Source: Deltaproteobacteria bacterium (GTDB taxonomy: Bacteria; Myxococcota_A; Polyangia; Fen-1088). From it: 64,000 bases of DNA. The notes below the pieces were generated by a model that was not told where the DNA came from, did no database searches, and saw only the letters and a list, made by a program, of their open reading frames with translations. The stretch is from contig JANRKS010000040.1 in NCBI GenBank assembly GCA_033763315.1, forward strand, positions 64,001 to 128,000, in the 5' to 3' direction. A program made the position numbers and the translations under genes. This document shows positions 19,220-29,762 of this stretch, one piece after another. Numbering within the stretch: the stretch's first letter is position 1; every line of letters begins with the position of its first letter.

Positions 19220-19344
19220 GCCGTTAATGTGGGGCCCAAGCGGCGCAGAAATCAAAAAAGCGAACATTGTCACCACTGGGGTGGTCTGGGGGTCGGCCGA
19301 GACATGCCCCCGCAGCGACGCCCACTCCTGGCCCAGCGTTTAGT

Positions 19345-20505
19345 TCAGCGGACCAACGCAGCCTCAATCCGTGGTTGAAGTTCTACAAACAGATCGTGAC
19401 CCACGGTCAAAGACTTGCGGATCAAAAGCACAGCCGCGTAATCGTGGCTGGCGTCGATCCAGGGATAGGTGCCGAAAGCGCCCGGATCACTCCAGATCAC
19501 ACCGCCTTTTTCACGCCACCAACCCAACCCGTACCCTTCGGCCTGCGACAAAGGCGAACCGCTTTGGTCCAAGGCGCCGATGTGGTTGGTCAGGATCGTG
19601 GTGACGGTGGAAGATGTAAGCACACGAACATCACCACAGCGTCCCCCGTTAACAAACACGCTTAAAAAGCGCGCGTAATCCACCAGGCTGGCGGCGGCAC
19701 CACCGGCGATGCGTGGATTGATGTCGCTGCCCAAGTTGTTGCGCGGCGAAGCGGCGAAGCTCAACGTTTCGGCCTCACACGGCGCTGACAACGCTTCGCT
19801 GAACAAGGTGTTCCAGGGCTTTCCGCTCGCCACCTCGGCCATGCGCCCCGCCACCTGAAAGCTGGCGCCACCATAAACGAAGGCCGGTGGGGTTTGCAGC
19901 CTGGCGCCCAAGATCTCTTTCGCACACGCCGCCAGCGTCAGGCTGTCACTGGCGAGGCAGGTGGCATTTCCCGGCAAGCCCGAGGTATGCGAAAGCAATT
20001 CGCGCAAAGAGATCTGTGCTTTGTCTGCAGGTGCGTCCGTGAGCACCTCCCCAACCTTTGCATCCAACGAGAGCGTGCCACGTTCCACCAACGACATAAT
20101 CGCCAAGGCTGAAGGAGCCTTCGAGGCGGACGCCAACTCAACCACGGAGGCGTTGGTTTGGTTGCCGAAACTCTCCAACAACAGCGGTGGGCAGCCTTTG
20201 CGCAACACTGCTAGCCCGGCCCCGTTGATCTTCTTCGATGCAACGGCTTGTATGAGCACAGCGCGTGCCGCGGAAAAATCGAAGGCACCACAACGACCAA
20301 CGCTTGGTGGTGCGTCATAACCAGCGTCGGCGGGGGAGAGTGCGTCGTTGCTTGGCCCATCGGAAGCCCCCACCGCGCCATCGGCGCCGCCGTCCTCGAT
20401 CACCGCGGCATCATCGACGTTCGACGAATGATCGGTTCCACCACAGGAGGCGCTCAGGAAGCTTGCTGCGAGAACACCGGTGAACAATGTGGTTGACGAA
20501 GTCAT
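19345..20505 (-). CDS. Serine hydrolase (beta-lactamase class C/PBP-like) lipoprotein
   Basis: Lipobox SASC; LASASK (SxxK), LLSHTSGLP, FVYGG, YGLGWW, PGAFG.YPWID. Confidence 0.88.
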   Translation of the reverse strand: MTSSTTLFTGVLAASFLSASCGGTDHSSNVDDAAVIEDGGADGAVGASDGPSNDALSPADAGYDAPPSVGRCGAFDFSAARAVLIQAVASKKINGAGLAVLRKGCPPLLLESFGNQTNASVVELASASKAPSALAIMSLVERGTLSLDAKVGEVLTDAPADKAQISLRELLSHTSGLPGNATCLASDSLTLAACAKEILGARLQTPPAFVYGGASFQVAGRMAEVASGKPWNTLFSEALSAPCEAETLSFAASPRNNLGSDINPRIAGGAAASLVDYARFLSVFVNGGRCGDVRVLTSSTVTTILTNHIGALDQSGSPLSQAEGYGLGWWREKGGVIWSDPGAFGTYPWIDASHDYAAVLLIRKSLTVGHDLFVELQPRIEAALVR

Positions 20506-20596
20506 GGCTGAACTTGACGATGACACAGCCGGGGCCGCTCAGTATACAGAGGCTGTCCACCGGCCGGCGACATTGGGATCGCCCGAACGTGCTCCG

Positions 20597-22111
20597 CTAC
20601 CGGTAGCCCAGCTTGTGCAACATCTGTTCGGCTCCCGCGGCCTCAGACGACTGCGGGAATTTGCGCAACAGTGTGCGTAGATGCGTTTCAGCCGCGTCAT
20701 AGTCTTTGCGTACATCGGTGTAGAGGCGCGCCAAGAGGAACAGAGCGCGCGCGGCCAGGGGATCGTTGATGTACGCAATTTTCTTGAGCGTGCCTATGGC
20801 CAGCGAGGTTTGACGTTCGCGAGCCAGCAAAGCGCCCAACGTAAATACAGCGGAAGGGGGCAGCAAGGCGGCCAAGCGATCGGGATCGGTGCGAAACAGT
20901 TGCAGCGCCATGCCTGTGTCTTTGTTCGCCAACGCTGCGAGTACAGGGCCGGTGGGACCGGTGGCTACGCGATTGGAAAGCGGTATTTCGGCACTCTCCT
21001 GCATCTCGGGCCAAAGGGGCGCCGAAGGAGCAGCGCCTTCTTGCACGGCTTCGTCCATGAAGGGCAACATTGTTGGCAACGATGCGGGCCGAACTGCGAC
21101 CAACGGCGCTGACGCGGGTTGCATTTTCTCGGGCTTCTCACCGCGTGGTTCCACGCCGGGCAAAGCCGGCGTCATATAGGTTCCTTCGTCGCCCCAATCA
21201 AGGAGGTGCCCGTGAACGAACAGCACCTGGCCCAGCACAAACGCTCCGACGAAATCCGGACCCAACCCAACGAATTGTGCAAGCCAACGCGGAAAAAACG
21301 GAATGGGAACCGCGCGATTAAAGGCCTCCCCCGCTCGCGACAGTGACACGTCCAGCACCAACAAACCGAGCAACGTTAGCAGCACGAGTGCGTAGTCTCT
21401 GCCCACGCGATAGATGTAAACGAAGATCCGAAGTGGGTTGAGGATGCCAAGCACACCCACCTCGGTTGCAGCGGCCACCAATGCCATCGGCGCATAAATG
21501 AGGCCCATTGCCACCGCGATGAAGTAGATGGGCTCAGCGTAGGTTTGCGTGTCGAACAAGTCCCAAAACCCGACACCTTTCGCCGCAAACGCATACACCA
21601 TCGGAAACAGCCACACGATCCACGTGCTGAGGACGCCCTTGACGGCCGGCATCACAAGGTCGTCGCTCACGGATCGAAAGTCAGGCACCCCCATCCTCTC
21701 GCGGCCATCGCCAGAGGTGCGAATCAGAAACAACATGTAGCTCCAATAGCCGCCCAGATAAAGCACAAGCGCGCGAACGCCTGAAAGGTATCCAATCAGC
21801 GTGAGGTAAAGCGAGAGCGCCACCATGGCAAACAGGGTGCTTGGTGCGCCGATCGCTTTGAACGCGCCAGTGATGCGCGAGGAGAACATCACCGCAGCGC
21901 CACCTGGAACCATCAGAGTGGTTGCGTACCCCCCGCAGTGAACACACAAAGCAATCGAGTTGTCAGACGACGTCGTTGCTTTCGCCGCACAATCGGGACA
22001 CAAGCGTGAGTCGCATTGCGAGCACATCCACCCCGCCATGACCTGCGTGTGTCTTTTGCAGTTCCGCATCCCGCCCGGTACCGCTGCATGGCTGGTAGCT
22101 TTTCCACTCAC
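20597..22111 (-). CDS. B-box zinc finger plus multi-TM (DUF4013-like) plus TPR protein
   Basis: CKRH...C..C...LC.DC...C..CGG N-terminus, about 6 TM helices, C-terminal TPR (ARALFLLARLY..LLRKFPQS). Confidence 0.75.
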   Translation of the reverse strand: MSGKATSHAAVPGGMRNCKRHTQVMAGWMCSQCDSRLCPDCAAKATTSSDNSIALCVHCGGYATTLMVPGGAAVMFSSRITGAFKAIGAPSTLFAMVALSLYLTLIGYLSGVRALVLYLGGYWSYMLFLIRTSGDGRERMGVPDFRSVSDDLVMPAVKGVLSTWIVWLFPMVYAFAAKGVGFWDLFDTQTYAEPIYFIAVAMGLIYAPMALVAAATEVGVLGILNPLRIFVYIYRVGRDYALVLLTLLGLLVLDVSLSRAGEAFNRAVPIPFFPRWLAQFVGLGPDFVGAFVLGQVLFVHGHLLDWGDEGTYMTPALPGVEPRGEKPEKMQPASAPLVAVRPASLPTMLPFMDEAVQEGAAPSAPLWPEMQESAEIPLSNRVATGPTGPVLAALANKDTGMALQLFRTDPDRLAALLPPSAVFTLGALLARERQTSLAIGTLKKIAYINDPLAARALFLLARLYTDVRKDYDAAETHLRTLLRKFPQSSEAAGAEQMLHKLGYR

Positions 22112-22370
22112 GTCTCTATCTTCGCCCGCCTTGGCAGCACCTTCAACTAAGCGTCACCGAATTTTGAGGTGTCGGTCGAAATCAACGACAGGCGAGCCAT
22201 AAGCGACGCTCTCTGGACGGGGACGCCTAACCTCCACGAATTCAGACGGCCTCTTCACTTTGTGGCGTTTCAGCAGCCACAAAGAATGCGACACGGAAGC
22301 AACCACATCCTCATGTAGTCGTACGCGGTTGCATTTATCCAAAGCGTGCGTTTCAAGAAAGGACAACAAC

Positions 22371-22871
22371 ATGACCATGACGAAAGCCTTAATGTTTGGT
22401 GCCACAGCGCTTTTGGCGGTGGCGCACACTTCTGGTGCTCAGGCCTCCTTAACCGTACAGCACGCCAGTGTTTCGATGCCTGGTACAGCTTGTAAGCCCG
22501 CAAATGGCGCGGCGACCAACGTGCAATATGGAACAGAGTTGTGGGCACCGAGCGGTGGCACCGTAATATGTCCGCTCACGCTTCGCACAAAAACCGGTCA
22601 GGAGCAAAACGTTGGGAATCCGACTGTACGCATAGGCAGCAACAACCCCGTTTCCTGCACGGCTTACGGGGTAAACTTGTGGGGCGAGGTTCTGTTCACG
22701 CAAACGCAAACGGCGTCTCAGGCCGGGTGGCGTAAGACGGTGAACTTCACAGGTCCCGCCACCAATGCGCCCGCGGGTAGTCCCTATGACCTTTCTTACT
22801 TTGTGATGTGTAATTTGCCCCCAGCCTCCGCTGTCTACAGCGTCACCTGGTACGAGTATCAAGCGGACTGA
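22371..22871 (+). CDS. Secreted hypothetical protein
   Basis: AAGGA RBS before ATG 22371, signal peptide (AQA), four Cys. Confidence 0.75.
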   Translation: MTMTKALMFGATALLAVAHTSGAQASLTVQHASVSMPGTACKPANGAATNVQYGTELWAPSGGTVICPLTLRTKTGQEQNVGNPTVRIGSNNPVSCTAYGVNLWGEVLFTQTQTASQAGWRKTVNFTGPATNAPAGSPYDLSYFVMCNLPPASAVYSVTWYEYQAD

Positions 22872-23150
22872 ACGTCCCAAAGTCTTCAAGAATAAAGCGC
22901 TGCGACCATGTGGCGCACAGGCGGCCGAGGCGTGCGACGACGGCCTTCGCATCAAACACCTCCAGCTGGTGCATGGCTAACCCGCACGCGGCCGCAATTA
23001 CAAAAATAGGGAATCCGGTGTGAATTTGGCGCTGCCCCGCAGAGGTAACCGCAATCTCGAGTATTTCGTATCCGCACACCGTCGACCTTACGCTGGCGTG
23101 CGAACAACGAAGGCGGGCGGCACTCCGGTGCCGGCGCCCAATAGAGCCCG

Positions 23151-23465
23151 TTAACCTACGGGCAAAGGGCCGCTGTTGAAGCTTGATCCGCCGTAGCCAA
23201 ATTCTTTGTCGGTGCGGATCATTTCGGATTTGGTTCGTTGGCTCGCGCCCGCTGGCGTTGGTGGCACCATCGCCTGGGCGTTCGCGGGCGGCGGAGGCAA
23301 AGCGTCGCAGAACAGCTTGTTGCGTCATCGCGTCCATTTGAACCACCGCCCTCGTCGCCTCCACGTCCCTCATCGACTGTGGCCCGCTCCGAAACCGTGC
23401 CGGCACGCTACGGTCAATTCCAAAACGGCGCCGCACAACACTGGCCGGAACAAACTTGGCTTCAC
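23151..23465 (-). pseudogene. Possible decayed lipoprotein gene
   Basis: AGGAGG RBS then GTG: VKPSLFRPVLCGAVLELTVAC (lipobox-like), then an early stop. Gly-rich (DEGRGGDEGGGSNG) and Pro-rich segments continue in shifted frames. Confidence 0.3.
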
Positions 23466-23700
23466 GACAGCCTCCTAGAGCGGAAACGGCTTCCCAACAT
23501 GCATGCGTTCTTGCTGCCACAAATTCAACTGCGAATCAAATAGGTCCGTATTGAAACCAACGGTCCAATGAATTCGCTCTCACGGCGAAATGGGCTCAGA
23601 TCCTTTTTCTGTAAGGCTGGGACGCCCAGGGGCAAGACCTCTTGGAAAAGCGAATTCGCCTGGTGCCTAGGGCGTTCAGGCCTACCCTCGGGAGGTTCAG

Positions 23701-24660
23701 ATGATCAATCGTTCCATGTATTTCGCCGCTATGCTCGTGGTTGGTGGCAGTGGCTGTGACGTCTACCGGGACGTGCTGGAAAAAGCGGTGCAGGGCGAAC
23801 ACCAAGGTGGTGGTAAAGACACCTCCCCTCCTCCTCCTTTGCCCCCTGTGGCCCCCACAACATGTGGCTGCGACGAGCTCGGGGCCGCCGCCTATGACAG
23901 TTGCATGGCGCAGGTGAAGGATCTGTCACAGCAAGGGGAATGCGGAACGCGCTACCAGGATCTAGCGATCGCTTGCCTCAACAATTGCAAGGAATCGGTG
24001 TGTTCCGGTGCCAAAGGCCTGGGCTACTACGCGTTCGATTCAGACGGGGGCGGTTACGGCCACACCGAGAACATTCCCTGCAACGATGCCTTGGCGAACT
24101 GCCTGCTTAACAGCTACGTCAACGGCGCGCCGTTGCACTGCACGTGGAACGACATCGAATTGCTCGGCTCAGGATCTAATCCGCCCGCACCGCCGGCCGC
24201 GGTTGATGTGTACTGCGACGGTGGCTATAGGCCCGAAGTTGAAACGTTCTCAAGCTCGGCACAAGAAGGACGTTTAGACATCGTTCGCATCTACGAAAGC
24301 CGCGGCGACCACCGTGGCGCAGATTACCACCCGATGGGTGATGTCAAAGTGTCCATCGACAACGGGTTCACCACCACGCTCGTGCTCTCGTCTTATGAGC
24401 CCACCCGTTGGCACGTGGGAGGCCCGGGCGAATCTTCACTTCGCCGCATCATCGTCACGGGCTACCAAGAGCAAGACGTTGTGGCGCCTTCAGGCGTGCA
24501 AATCGAACGTCACGTGGGCAGCGACGCTTGGTGGGAGTTGGCAAGCAAGGATGGCCCCTCAGGGAAGGAAAACTTGATCACCGCGTCTACGGAGGCAGCG
24601 CATGTCAAACCAACCACGATCAGTTACTGCTACCGCGCCAACGCCTTCTCGTTGCGCTAA
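23701..24660 (+). CDS. Hypothetical Cys-rich lipoprotein
   Basis: GGAGG RBS, lipobox GSGC, Cys-rich middle, C-terminal LVLSSYEPTRW...IIVTGY domain. Confidence 0.78.
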   Translation: MINRSMYFAAMLVVGGSGCDVYRDVLEKAVQGEHQGGGKDTSPPPPLPPVAPTTCGCDELGAAAYDSCMAQVKDLSQQGECGTRYQDLAIACLNNCKESVCSGAKGLGYYAFDSDGGGYGHTENIPCNDALANCLLNSYVNGAPLHCTWNDIELLGSGSNPPAPPAAVDVYCDGGYRPEVETFSSSAQEGRLDIVRIYESRGDHRGADYHPMGDVKVSIDNGFTTTLVLSSYEPTRWHVGGPGESSLRRIIVTGYQEQDVVAPSGVQIERHVGSDAWWELASKDGPSGKENLITASTEAAHVKPTTISYCYRANAFSLR

Positions 24661-24677
24661 GTGAGGCTTAACTTAAA

Positions 24678-24710
24678 AAGGCGCCGCTGCATAAGCGGCG
24701 CTTTGCTTTT
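24678..24710 (+). terminator. Intrinsic terminator
   Basis: GCGCCGCT-gcata-AGCGGCGC followed by TTTGCTTTT. Confidence 0.7.
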
Positions 24711-24769
24711 CCCGAATAGGGAGTGGGGGTTGCATTCGCGACCCGGCCGGACCATCGTAGCCGTAACCT

Positions 24770-25654
24770 ATGAAGACGAGCACCCCCACGAGCATCGAGA
24801 TCATCTTCGACGCTGCCGCACATGATTTAGGCGGGTTCACTGTGCGCCGAGCATTGCCCACGGCGGCACGGCGAATGGTGGGCCCGTTTACGTTCTTTGA
24901 TCACATGGGCCCGGGTGTATTTGCTCCGGGCCACGGCATCGACGTGCGGCCACATCCACACATCGGCCTCGCCACCGTGACGTATCTGTTCGATGGCGAA
25001 ATTTTTCACCGCGACAGCCTTGGCTCGGCACAGGCCATTCGTCCGGGTGACATCAACTGGATGAATGCAGGCCGCGGCATCGTTCATTCGGAACGCACGT
25101 CGGCAACGGTGCGTGAACGCGGCTCAAACATCTCGGGCCTGCAGTTGTGGGTGGCCTTGCCGACCGCGCACGAAGAAAGTGAGCCCACGTTTGCGCATCA
25201 CCCGGCCGCCACTTTGCCGCAAACACAGCGTGACGGTGTAGCGATCAAGTTGCTCGCAGGCAGCGCCTATGGTCTTACGTCGCCGGTGGCGACATTGTCG
25301 CCGCTGTTTTACGTGGACGTGCACATGAGCGAAGGCAGCCGGTTGCCGTTGCCCGCTGAACACGAAGAGCGCGCCCTGTATGTGATAGACGGGGCGGTTG
25401 ATTGCGACGGTCTGCGCGTGGAACCTGGAAAGCTCGTCGTGTTCAGCAAGGACGCGCAACTTGATCTACGCGCGTTGTCGCCCACGCGGCTGGTTCAGAT
25501 TGGCGGGGCCCCGCTCGATGGCAAGCGAACCATATTCTGGAACTTCGTCTCCAGCTCAAAGGCGCGCATCGATCAAGCGGCCGAAGATTGGAAAGCAGGC
25601 CGCTTCCCCAAGGTGCCGGGCGACGAGATCGAATTTATTCCCTTGCCTGCATGA
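24770..25654 (+). CDS. Pirin family protein
   Basis: VGPF.FFDHMGP, HPHIGLATVTYLF.G...HRDSLG, WM.AGRGIVHSE, LQLWVALP. Confidence 0.95.
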   Translation: MKTSTPTSIEIIFDAAAHDLGGFTVRRALPTAARRMVGPFTFFDHMGPGVFAPGHGIDVRPHPHIGLATVTYLFDGEIFHRDSLGSAQAIRPGDINWMNAGRGIVHSERTSATVRERGSNISGLQLWVALPTAHEESEPTFAHHPAATLPQTQRDGVAIKLLAGSAYGLTSPVATLSPLFYVDVHMSEGSRLPLPAEHEERALYVIDGAVDCDGLRVEPGKLVVFSKDAQLDLRALSPTRLVQIGGAPLDGKRTIFWNFVSSSKARIDQAAEDWKAGRFPKVPGDEIEFIPLPA

Positions 25655-25667
25655 CACCGCTTTGCTT

Positions 25668-26186
25668 TCAACGCGCCACGGGCACGTCAATGCGTGTGCC
25701 GTCAAACGTCTGCTGCAGTTCGCAGCCACTGATGCCGGGACACGCGGCGTCCGTGCGGATGATGTGAGTGATCCGTCCATCGCGCAAGCGGTCGGACTGC
25801 ACGCGCGCCGTTACGCGCACTTCGCGGCGGTAGGTGCAGCCGCGCAACATTTCATCTTTGGCGCCCAACAAAGTTAGGGACAGCTCGTCGCCTTCGATGC
25901 GGCCGGTCAGGGTTGATGAACCCACGCCCAACCAGAAGGCCAAGCCCAATATGCCTTGCAGCTCCGCAGACACCTGCTCATTGTCTTCCCCAAACTGTTG
26001 CAGTTTGATCTCGAAGGAAGACACCGCACCCGGCATCCACCCGTCTGTCATACAAGCGTCGCTGCCGTTCTTGATGCTCATGCTCCACGTGCCCGAGACA
26101 GGTGCGTTCTGCAAAGGTGGCACCCCCAGCCAACAGCCCGCACTCGTGGCCAGTGCCACAAGCGCCCCAACGCCGCGTACGCTCAT
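25668..26186 (-). CDS. Hypothetical lipoprotein
   Basis: ATG overlaps the upstream TGA (TGATG); lipobox SAGC. Confidence 0.75.
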   Translation of the reverse strand: MSVRGVGALVALATSAGCWLGVPPLQNAPVSGTWSMSIKNGSDACMTDGWMPGAVSSFEIKLQQFGEDNEQVSAELQGILGLAFWLGVGSSTLTGRIEGDELSLTLLGAKDEMLRGCTYRREVRVTARVQSDRLRDGRITHIIRTDAACPGISGCELQQTFDGTRIDVPVAR

Positions 26187-26965
26187 CAATAGGCCCCTCC
26201 CAAAAACAAGCCGTTGCCGCTGAAACCCACAGACACGTTGATGCCTGGTTCGGACTTCACTTTGTGAAAGCCCCAAAGCGCCAGGCCAGCGCCCACAGCG
26301 GTCACCGCGAATGCAGCCGTGGTTAATTGCCCCCACAGCACCGCGTCGCTTCGCAACGAGGCTCCGTTCTTTCCGCCATCGATGAATTCGTTGCGCTTTG
26401 ACAAAAACATCCATCCGCTGATCCCAGCCGCCACCGCAGACGCGCCGGCCACTGTCACACCGGTCCAGCCAACGGAATCTGACCTGTGTTTAGGCGACGC
26501 GGGCGGAGGGGGAGGTAAACTTGGCGCGGGTGCCATGGGAGCGGGCAAAATAGGCGGTGTGGGCTCGGCGGCCGCGGCCGGCTTTGAAGGAGAAGTCACG
26601 CCTTGTGCGTGGAGCTCCTTAACACGTTTGTCTGCGTGCCCACGTTGCGCTTCGCTGAGATCAGCCTGCGTCAAGGCTTCTTCATACGCGGCCAAGGCTC
26701 GCGGTCCATCGGCAAGCCGATCCCACGCCCGCGCGGCGTTGTAGATAGTGGGGCCACTTGGCAATAACTGATGGGCCTGCTCGAACGAATGTCCCGCCAC
26801 CGCATAATCACCGCGCAGAAATGCGTCTTGCCCTGCGCGAAAAAATTGTGCCGCCTGCTCTCGATCGGCCTTGTCTATTGGATCAGGCGCAGCGGCGGCA
26901 TGTGCGGTGAAGATCACAACCGCATAAGAAGCGAAGAACGCGGCAAGAATGAAACGCAATCTCAT
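26186..26965 (-). CDS. Secreted TPR protein with C-terminal membrane segments (myxobacterial type)
   Basis: Signal peptide, AAQFFRAG..AF..GDY..A...FEQA...YN.ARA TPR, Pro linker, two hydrophobic segments; ATGA overlap with the kinase. Confidence 0.82.
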   Translation of the reverse strand: MRLRFILAAFFASYAVVIFTAHAAAAPDPIDKADREQAAQFFRAGQDAFLRGDYAVAGHSFEQAHQLLPSGPTIYNAARAWDRLADGPRALAAYEEALTQADLSEAQRGHADKRVKELHAQGVTSPSKPAAAAEPTPPILPAPMAPAPSLPPPPPASPKHRSDSVGWTGVTVAGASAVAAGISGWMFLSKRNEFIDGGKNGASLRSDAVLWGQLTTAAFAVTAVGAGLALWGFHKVKSEPGINVSVGFSGNGLFLGGAY

Positions 26966-28305
26966 GGTTTTGTGTAGGGATTATCAGCCAAGGGCGGCGT
27001 GGACGAAGGGGGAGACGGGGGACGTGAATTCTGTGCAGAAGGGCCACGAATCACTTTTCGAGCTTTAACTGCCACTCGTGGCTTTGGCTCAGCCAGTGGC
27101 CGAACCTCAGCCTGCACTTGAGCGGGAGGCACGTCAGGTGCCGAAGACGCCTGCGGTGCTTGGGATGTTTGCACGCTAGCACGCTTGGACGTTTGGCCTC
27201 GCGGATAAAGGAACGCTGCCACCGCCAAAGTGGCCACCGAAACCGCTGCCATTGGCAGCAGCCACGCAAGAGGTTTTCGCGGGGCGATCGCCTGAGGCGC
27301 CATGGCACGCTCGCCAAACGGCCGCAGGGCGCGTTCGCGCTGAGACTCAATGGCGTCACCCATGTGGGACAACAGGAAGCGCGAAACCTCGTCGACTTCG
27401 GCCACACCACCACACGCGGCCGCCGCCGCCACCAACTGCTTGCGGAAGAGATCAGCGCTGGCGTAACGTTCGTCCGGCTCTTTCGTCAGCGCGCCATGCA
27501 CAGCGGCCACCAACGCCCGTGGCAGCTCGGGGCGCACGCTGTGCAATGAGGCGATGTGGCCCGCGGACACATCCAGAATAAGCGTGGCCTCGTCCTCGCT
27601 TTGGTAGGGGCGGCGCCCCGCGAGCATTTCCCAGAACGTCACGCCGGCTGCCCACACATCGGCCCTTCGATCCACGGCGCCGCCTCGCAATTGCTCGGGC
27701 GCCATATACCCCAGCTTGCCTTTGATCACACCGGTTCGCGTTTGCCCGGCTTGGGTGGTGGGTTTCGCAATGCCAAAGTCAGACAACAACGTGAGCCCGG
27801 CCCTGGATAGGAGCAAGTTGTGTGGCGACACGTCTCGATGAACCAAGCCCAAGCTTTGCCCCTGTTCGCCCACCGCTTCGTGGGCGGCGTGCAAGCCGGC
27901 CAACGCGTCAAGCATGATTCGCAGTGCCACCGGCAGCGGCATCAGTTCATTGACGTCTCTTAAGTGCCCCAACAGCTGCGCCAACGAGCAACCATCAACC
28001 CAATCCATCACAAGGAACACGCCCTGCTCAGTGTCCCCCACATCCAAAACGGGTAGGACGTTCGGATGACGTATCCCCGCGGCCAAGCGCGCTTCACGCA
28101 GAAAATCCGCGACGTAGGCTTGGTCTTGCCGCAGATGAGGGTGCAGCACTTTGACCGCCACCTCGCGGGCGAAACCGCCGATGCCGGTGGCACGAGCCAA
28201 GTAGACCGTGGCGGCCCCACCCACTCCAAGGGGCGTCAGCAACTCGTAGCGCCCCACAGTCAAATTCGAGGGGGTCACCTCGGCATTCCTGTGTGCTTTG
28301 CTCAT
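26962..28305 (-). CDS. Membrane-anchored Hanks-type Ser/Thr protein kinase
   Basis: LGVGGAATVY, VAVK, HRDVSPHN, DFGIAK, GKLGYMAPEQ, DVWAAG; TM helix and Pro-rich tail. Confidence 0.95.
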   Translation of the reverse strand: MSKAHRNAEVTPSNLTVGRYELLTPLGVGGAATVYLARATGIGGFAREVAVKVLHPHLRQDQAYVADFLREARLAAGIRHPNVLPVLDVGDTEQGVFLVMDWVDGCSLAQLLGHLRDVNELMPLPVALRIMLDALAGLHAAHEAVGEQGQSLGLVHRDVSPHNLLLSRAGLTLLSDFGIAKPTTQAGQTRTGVIKGKLGYMAPEQLRGGAVDRRADVWAAGVTFWEMLAGRRPYQSEDEATLILDVSAGHIASLHSVRPELPRALVAAVHGALTKEPDERYASADLFRKQLVAAAAACGGVAEVDEVSRFLLSHMGDAIESQRERALRPFGERAMAPQAIAPRKPLAWLLPMAAVSVATLAVAAFLYPRGQTSKRASVQTSQAPQASSAPDVPPAQVQAEVRPLAEPKPRVAVKARKVIRGPSAQNSRPPSPPSSTPPLADNPYTKP

Positions 28306-28350
28306 GCTGGCCTTTGTAGTGTACTGCGCCCCCTGTTAGTGTGAAAGCTC

Positions 28351-29724
28351 ATGAGAGAATCGGATGCGCAGGCGGCGCCTGAAACCACGCAACAGCACAC
28401 GCAAAGCGCTCTGTTTTCCCAGACAGCGGGCGGTGAGCCGCTGGTGTATGAGATCACAGTTCGCTCGGTCGAAACCTCGCAAGAGTTGCACCGCGTGCGC
28501 CTTGATGCGTCACAGCCCGGACGATGCCTTGTGGGCAGCAGCCTCGCGTGCAACATCCGCGTTGAAGATCCCACAGTGTCGCGGCGCCATCTGGCGCTCG
28601 AGGTTCGCGATGGGGCCTTGGTGGTCACCGATTTAGAATCGCGTAACGGCACGCGGATCGCGGGTTTGCGCGTGCGCGAGGCACTGGTCGAGGAGCGCGC
28701 CATCATCGAAATTGGCAGCGTTCGCATCGAAGCCGTCAAACAAACCAAAATCCCGGCCGCCACATTGCCCCCTGATGTGGAATTCGGCAACGTTGTGGGC
28801 GCCAGCCTGCAGATGCGCAGGCTTTATCCTCTGTGCCACAAGCTTGCCCACAGCACGATCCCGGTGGTGATCGAAGGCGAAACGGGCACGGGCAAAGAAG
28901 CTATGGCTGAGGCACTTCACTCGCAAGGGCCACGCGCGAACGCACCTTTTGTGGTTTTCGATTGCACAGCCATTACGGCCAGCCTGTTGGAGGCCGAGCT
29001 GTTTGGTCATGAAAAAGGGGCGTTTACAGGCGCCGACCGTGCGCGCGAGGGCGTGTTTGCGCAGGCCGATGGCGGCACGTTGTTCATTGATGAAATCGGT
29101 GACATGGATCTCGCGCTGCAAGCAAAGCTCTTGCGCGCCATTGATCGCAACGAGGTGCGGCCCATAGGTGGCGCCAAGCCTCTTAAGCTTGACGTGCGCA
29201 TCATCGCAGCCACGCGCCGCGATCTCGACCGCGAAGTGCAAACGGGCCGCTTTCGCGATGATTTGTTTCACCGCTTGGCCATTGGGCGCATTGAACTGCC
29301 ACCTTTGCGCCGGCGCACGGGTGACGTGGCGTTGCTGGCGAAACGTTTCTGGCAAGACTTCGGCGGCCAGGCTCAGGGTCTGCCGATGAGCGTGTTGTCG
29401 CGTTGGGAATCGGATCCATGGACCGGCAACGTGCGCGAGCTGCGCAACGCCGTGGCTCGTTATCTTGCGTTGGGTGAGTTGGCGGAACTGACGACACGCC
29501 ACGCGCCCGAAGAAGAGCCACGGGACGACAAGCTATTTGCGGGTCTGGAAGCGTTGCCGCTGGCGCAAGCGAGGGCCGTCATTGTGGAGCGGTTCGAAAG
29601 GGTGTACATCAACAGGGTTCTTGGCCGTGTCAACGGCAATGTCACCAAGGCAGCGGCACATGCGGGTGTGGCACGCCGCTACTTTCATATCCTCAAGAGC
29701 AAACTGGGTGGCAGCGAGGGCTGA
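28351..29724 (+). CDS. FHA-domain sigma54-dependent enhancer-binding protein
   Basis: FHA (VGS...DPTVSRRH...DLESRNGT), GETGTGKE, GAFTGA, FIDEIG, WTGNVRELRN, Fis-type HTH. Confidence 0.95.
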   Translation: MRESDAQAAPETTQQHTQSALFSQTAGGEPLVYEITVRSVETSQELHRVRLDASQPGRCLVGSSLACNIRVEDPTVSRRHLALEVRDGALVVTDLESRNGTRIAGLRVREALVEERAIIEIGSVRIEAVKQTKIPAATLPPDVEFGNVVGASLQMRRLYPLCHKLAHSTIPVVIEGETGTGKEAMAEALHSQGPRANAPFVVFDCTAITASLLEAELFGHEKGAFTGADRAREGVFAQADGGTLFIDEIGDMDLALQAKLLRAIDRNEVRPIGGAKPLKLDVRIIAATRRDLDREVQTGRFRDDLFHRLAIGRIELPPLRRRTGDVALLAKRFWQDFGGQAQGLPMSVLSRWESDPWTGNVRELRNAVARYLALGELAELTTRHAPEEEPRDDKLFAGLEALPLAQARAVIVERFERVYINRVLGRVNGNVTKAAAHAGVARRYFHILKSKLGGSEG

Positions 29725-29762
29725 TGAATCCCAGCGCTGACGCGCCTAGTGCACGCGGTGGC

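Noticed and set aside
11470-20505. Beta-lactam resistance genes (MBL at 11470, serine hydrolase at 19345)
   Set aside because: Motifs fit NAPE-PLD/RomA-like and esterase/peptidase-like members, not true beta-lactamases.
22843-23520. 225-aa minus-strand ORF
   Set aside because: No RBS or motifs, Arg-rich shadow-like composition, and it overlaps a real gene's end.
23610-23700. c-di-GMP-I riboswitch upstream of the lipoprotein gene
   Set aside because: GGGACGC and GGCAA are present but in the wrong order, and the GAAA-tetraloop stem is missing.
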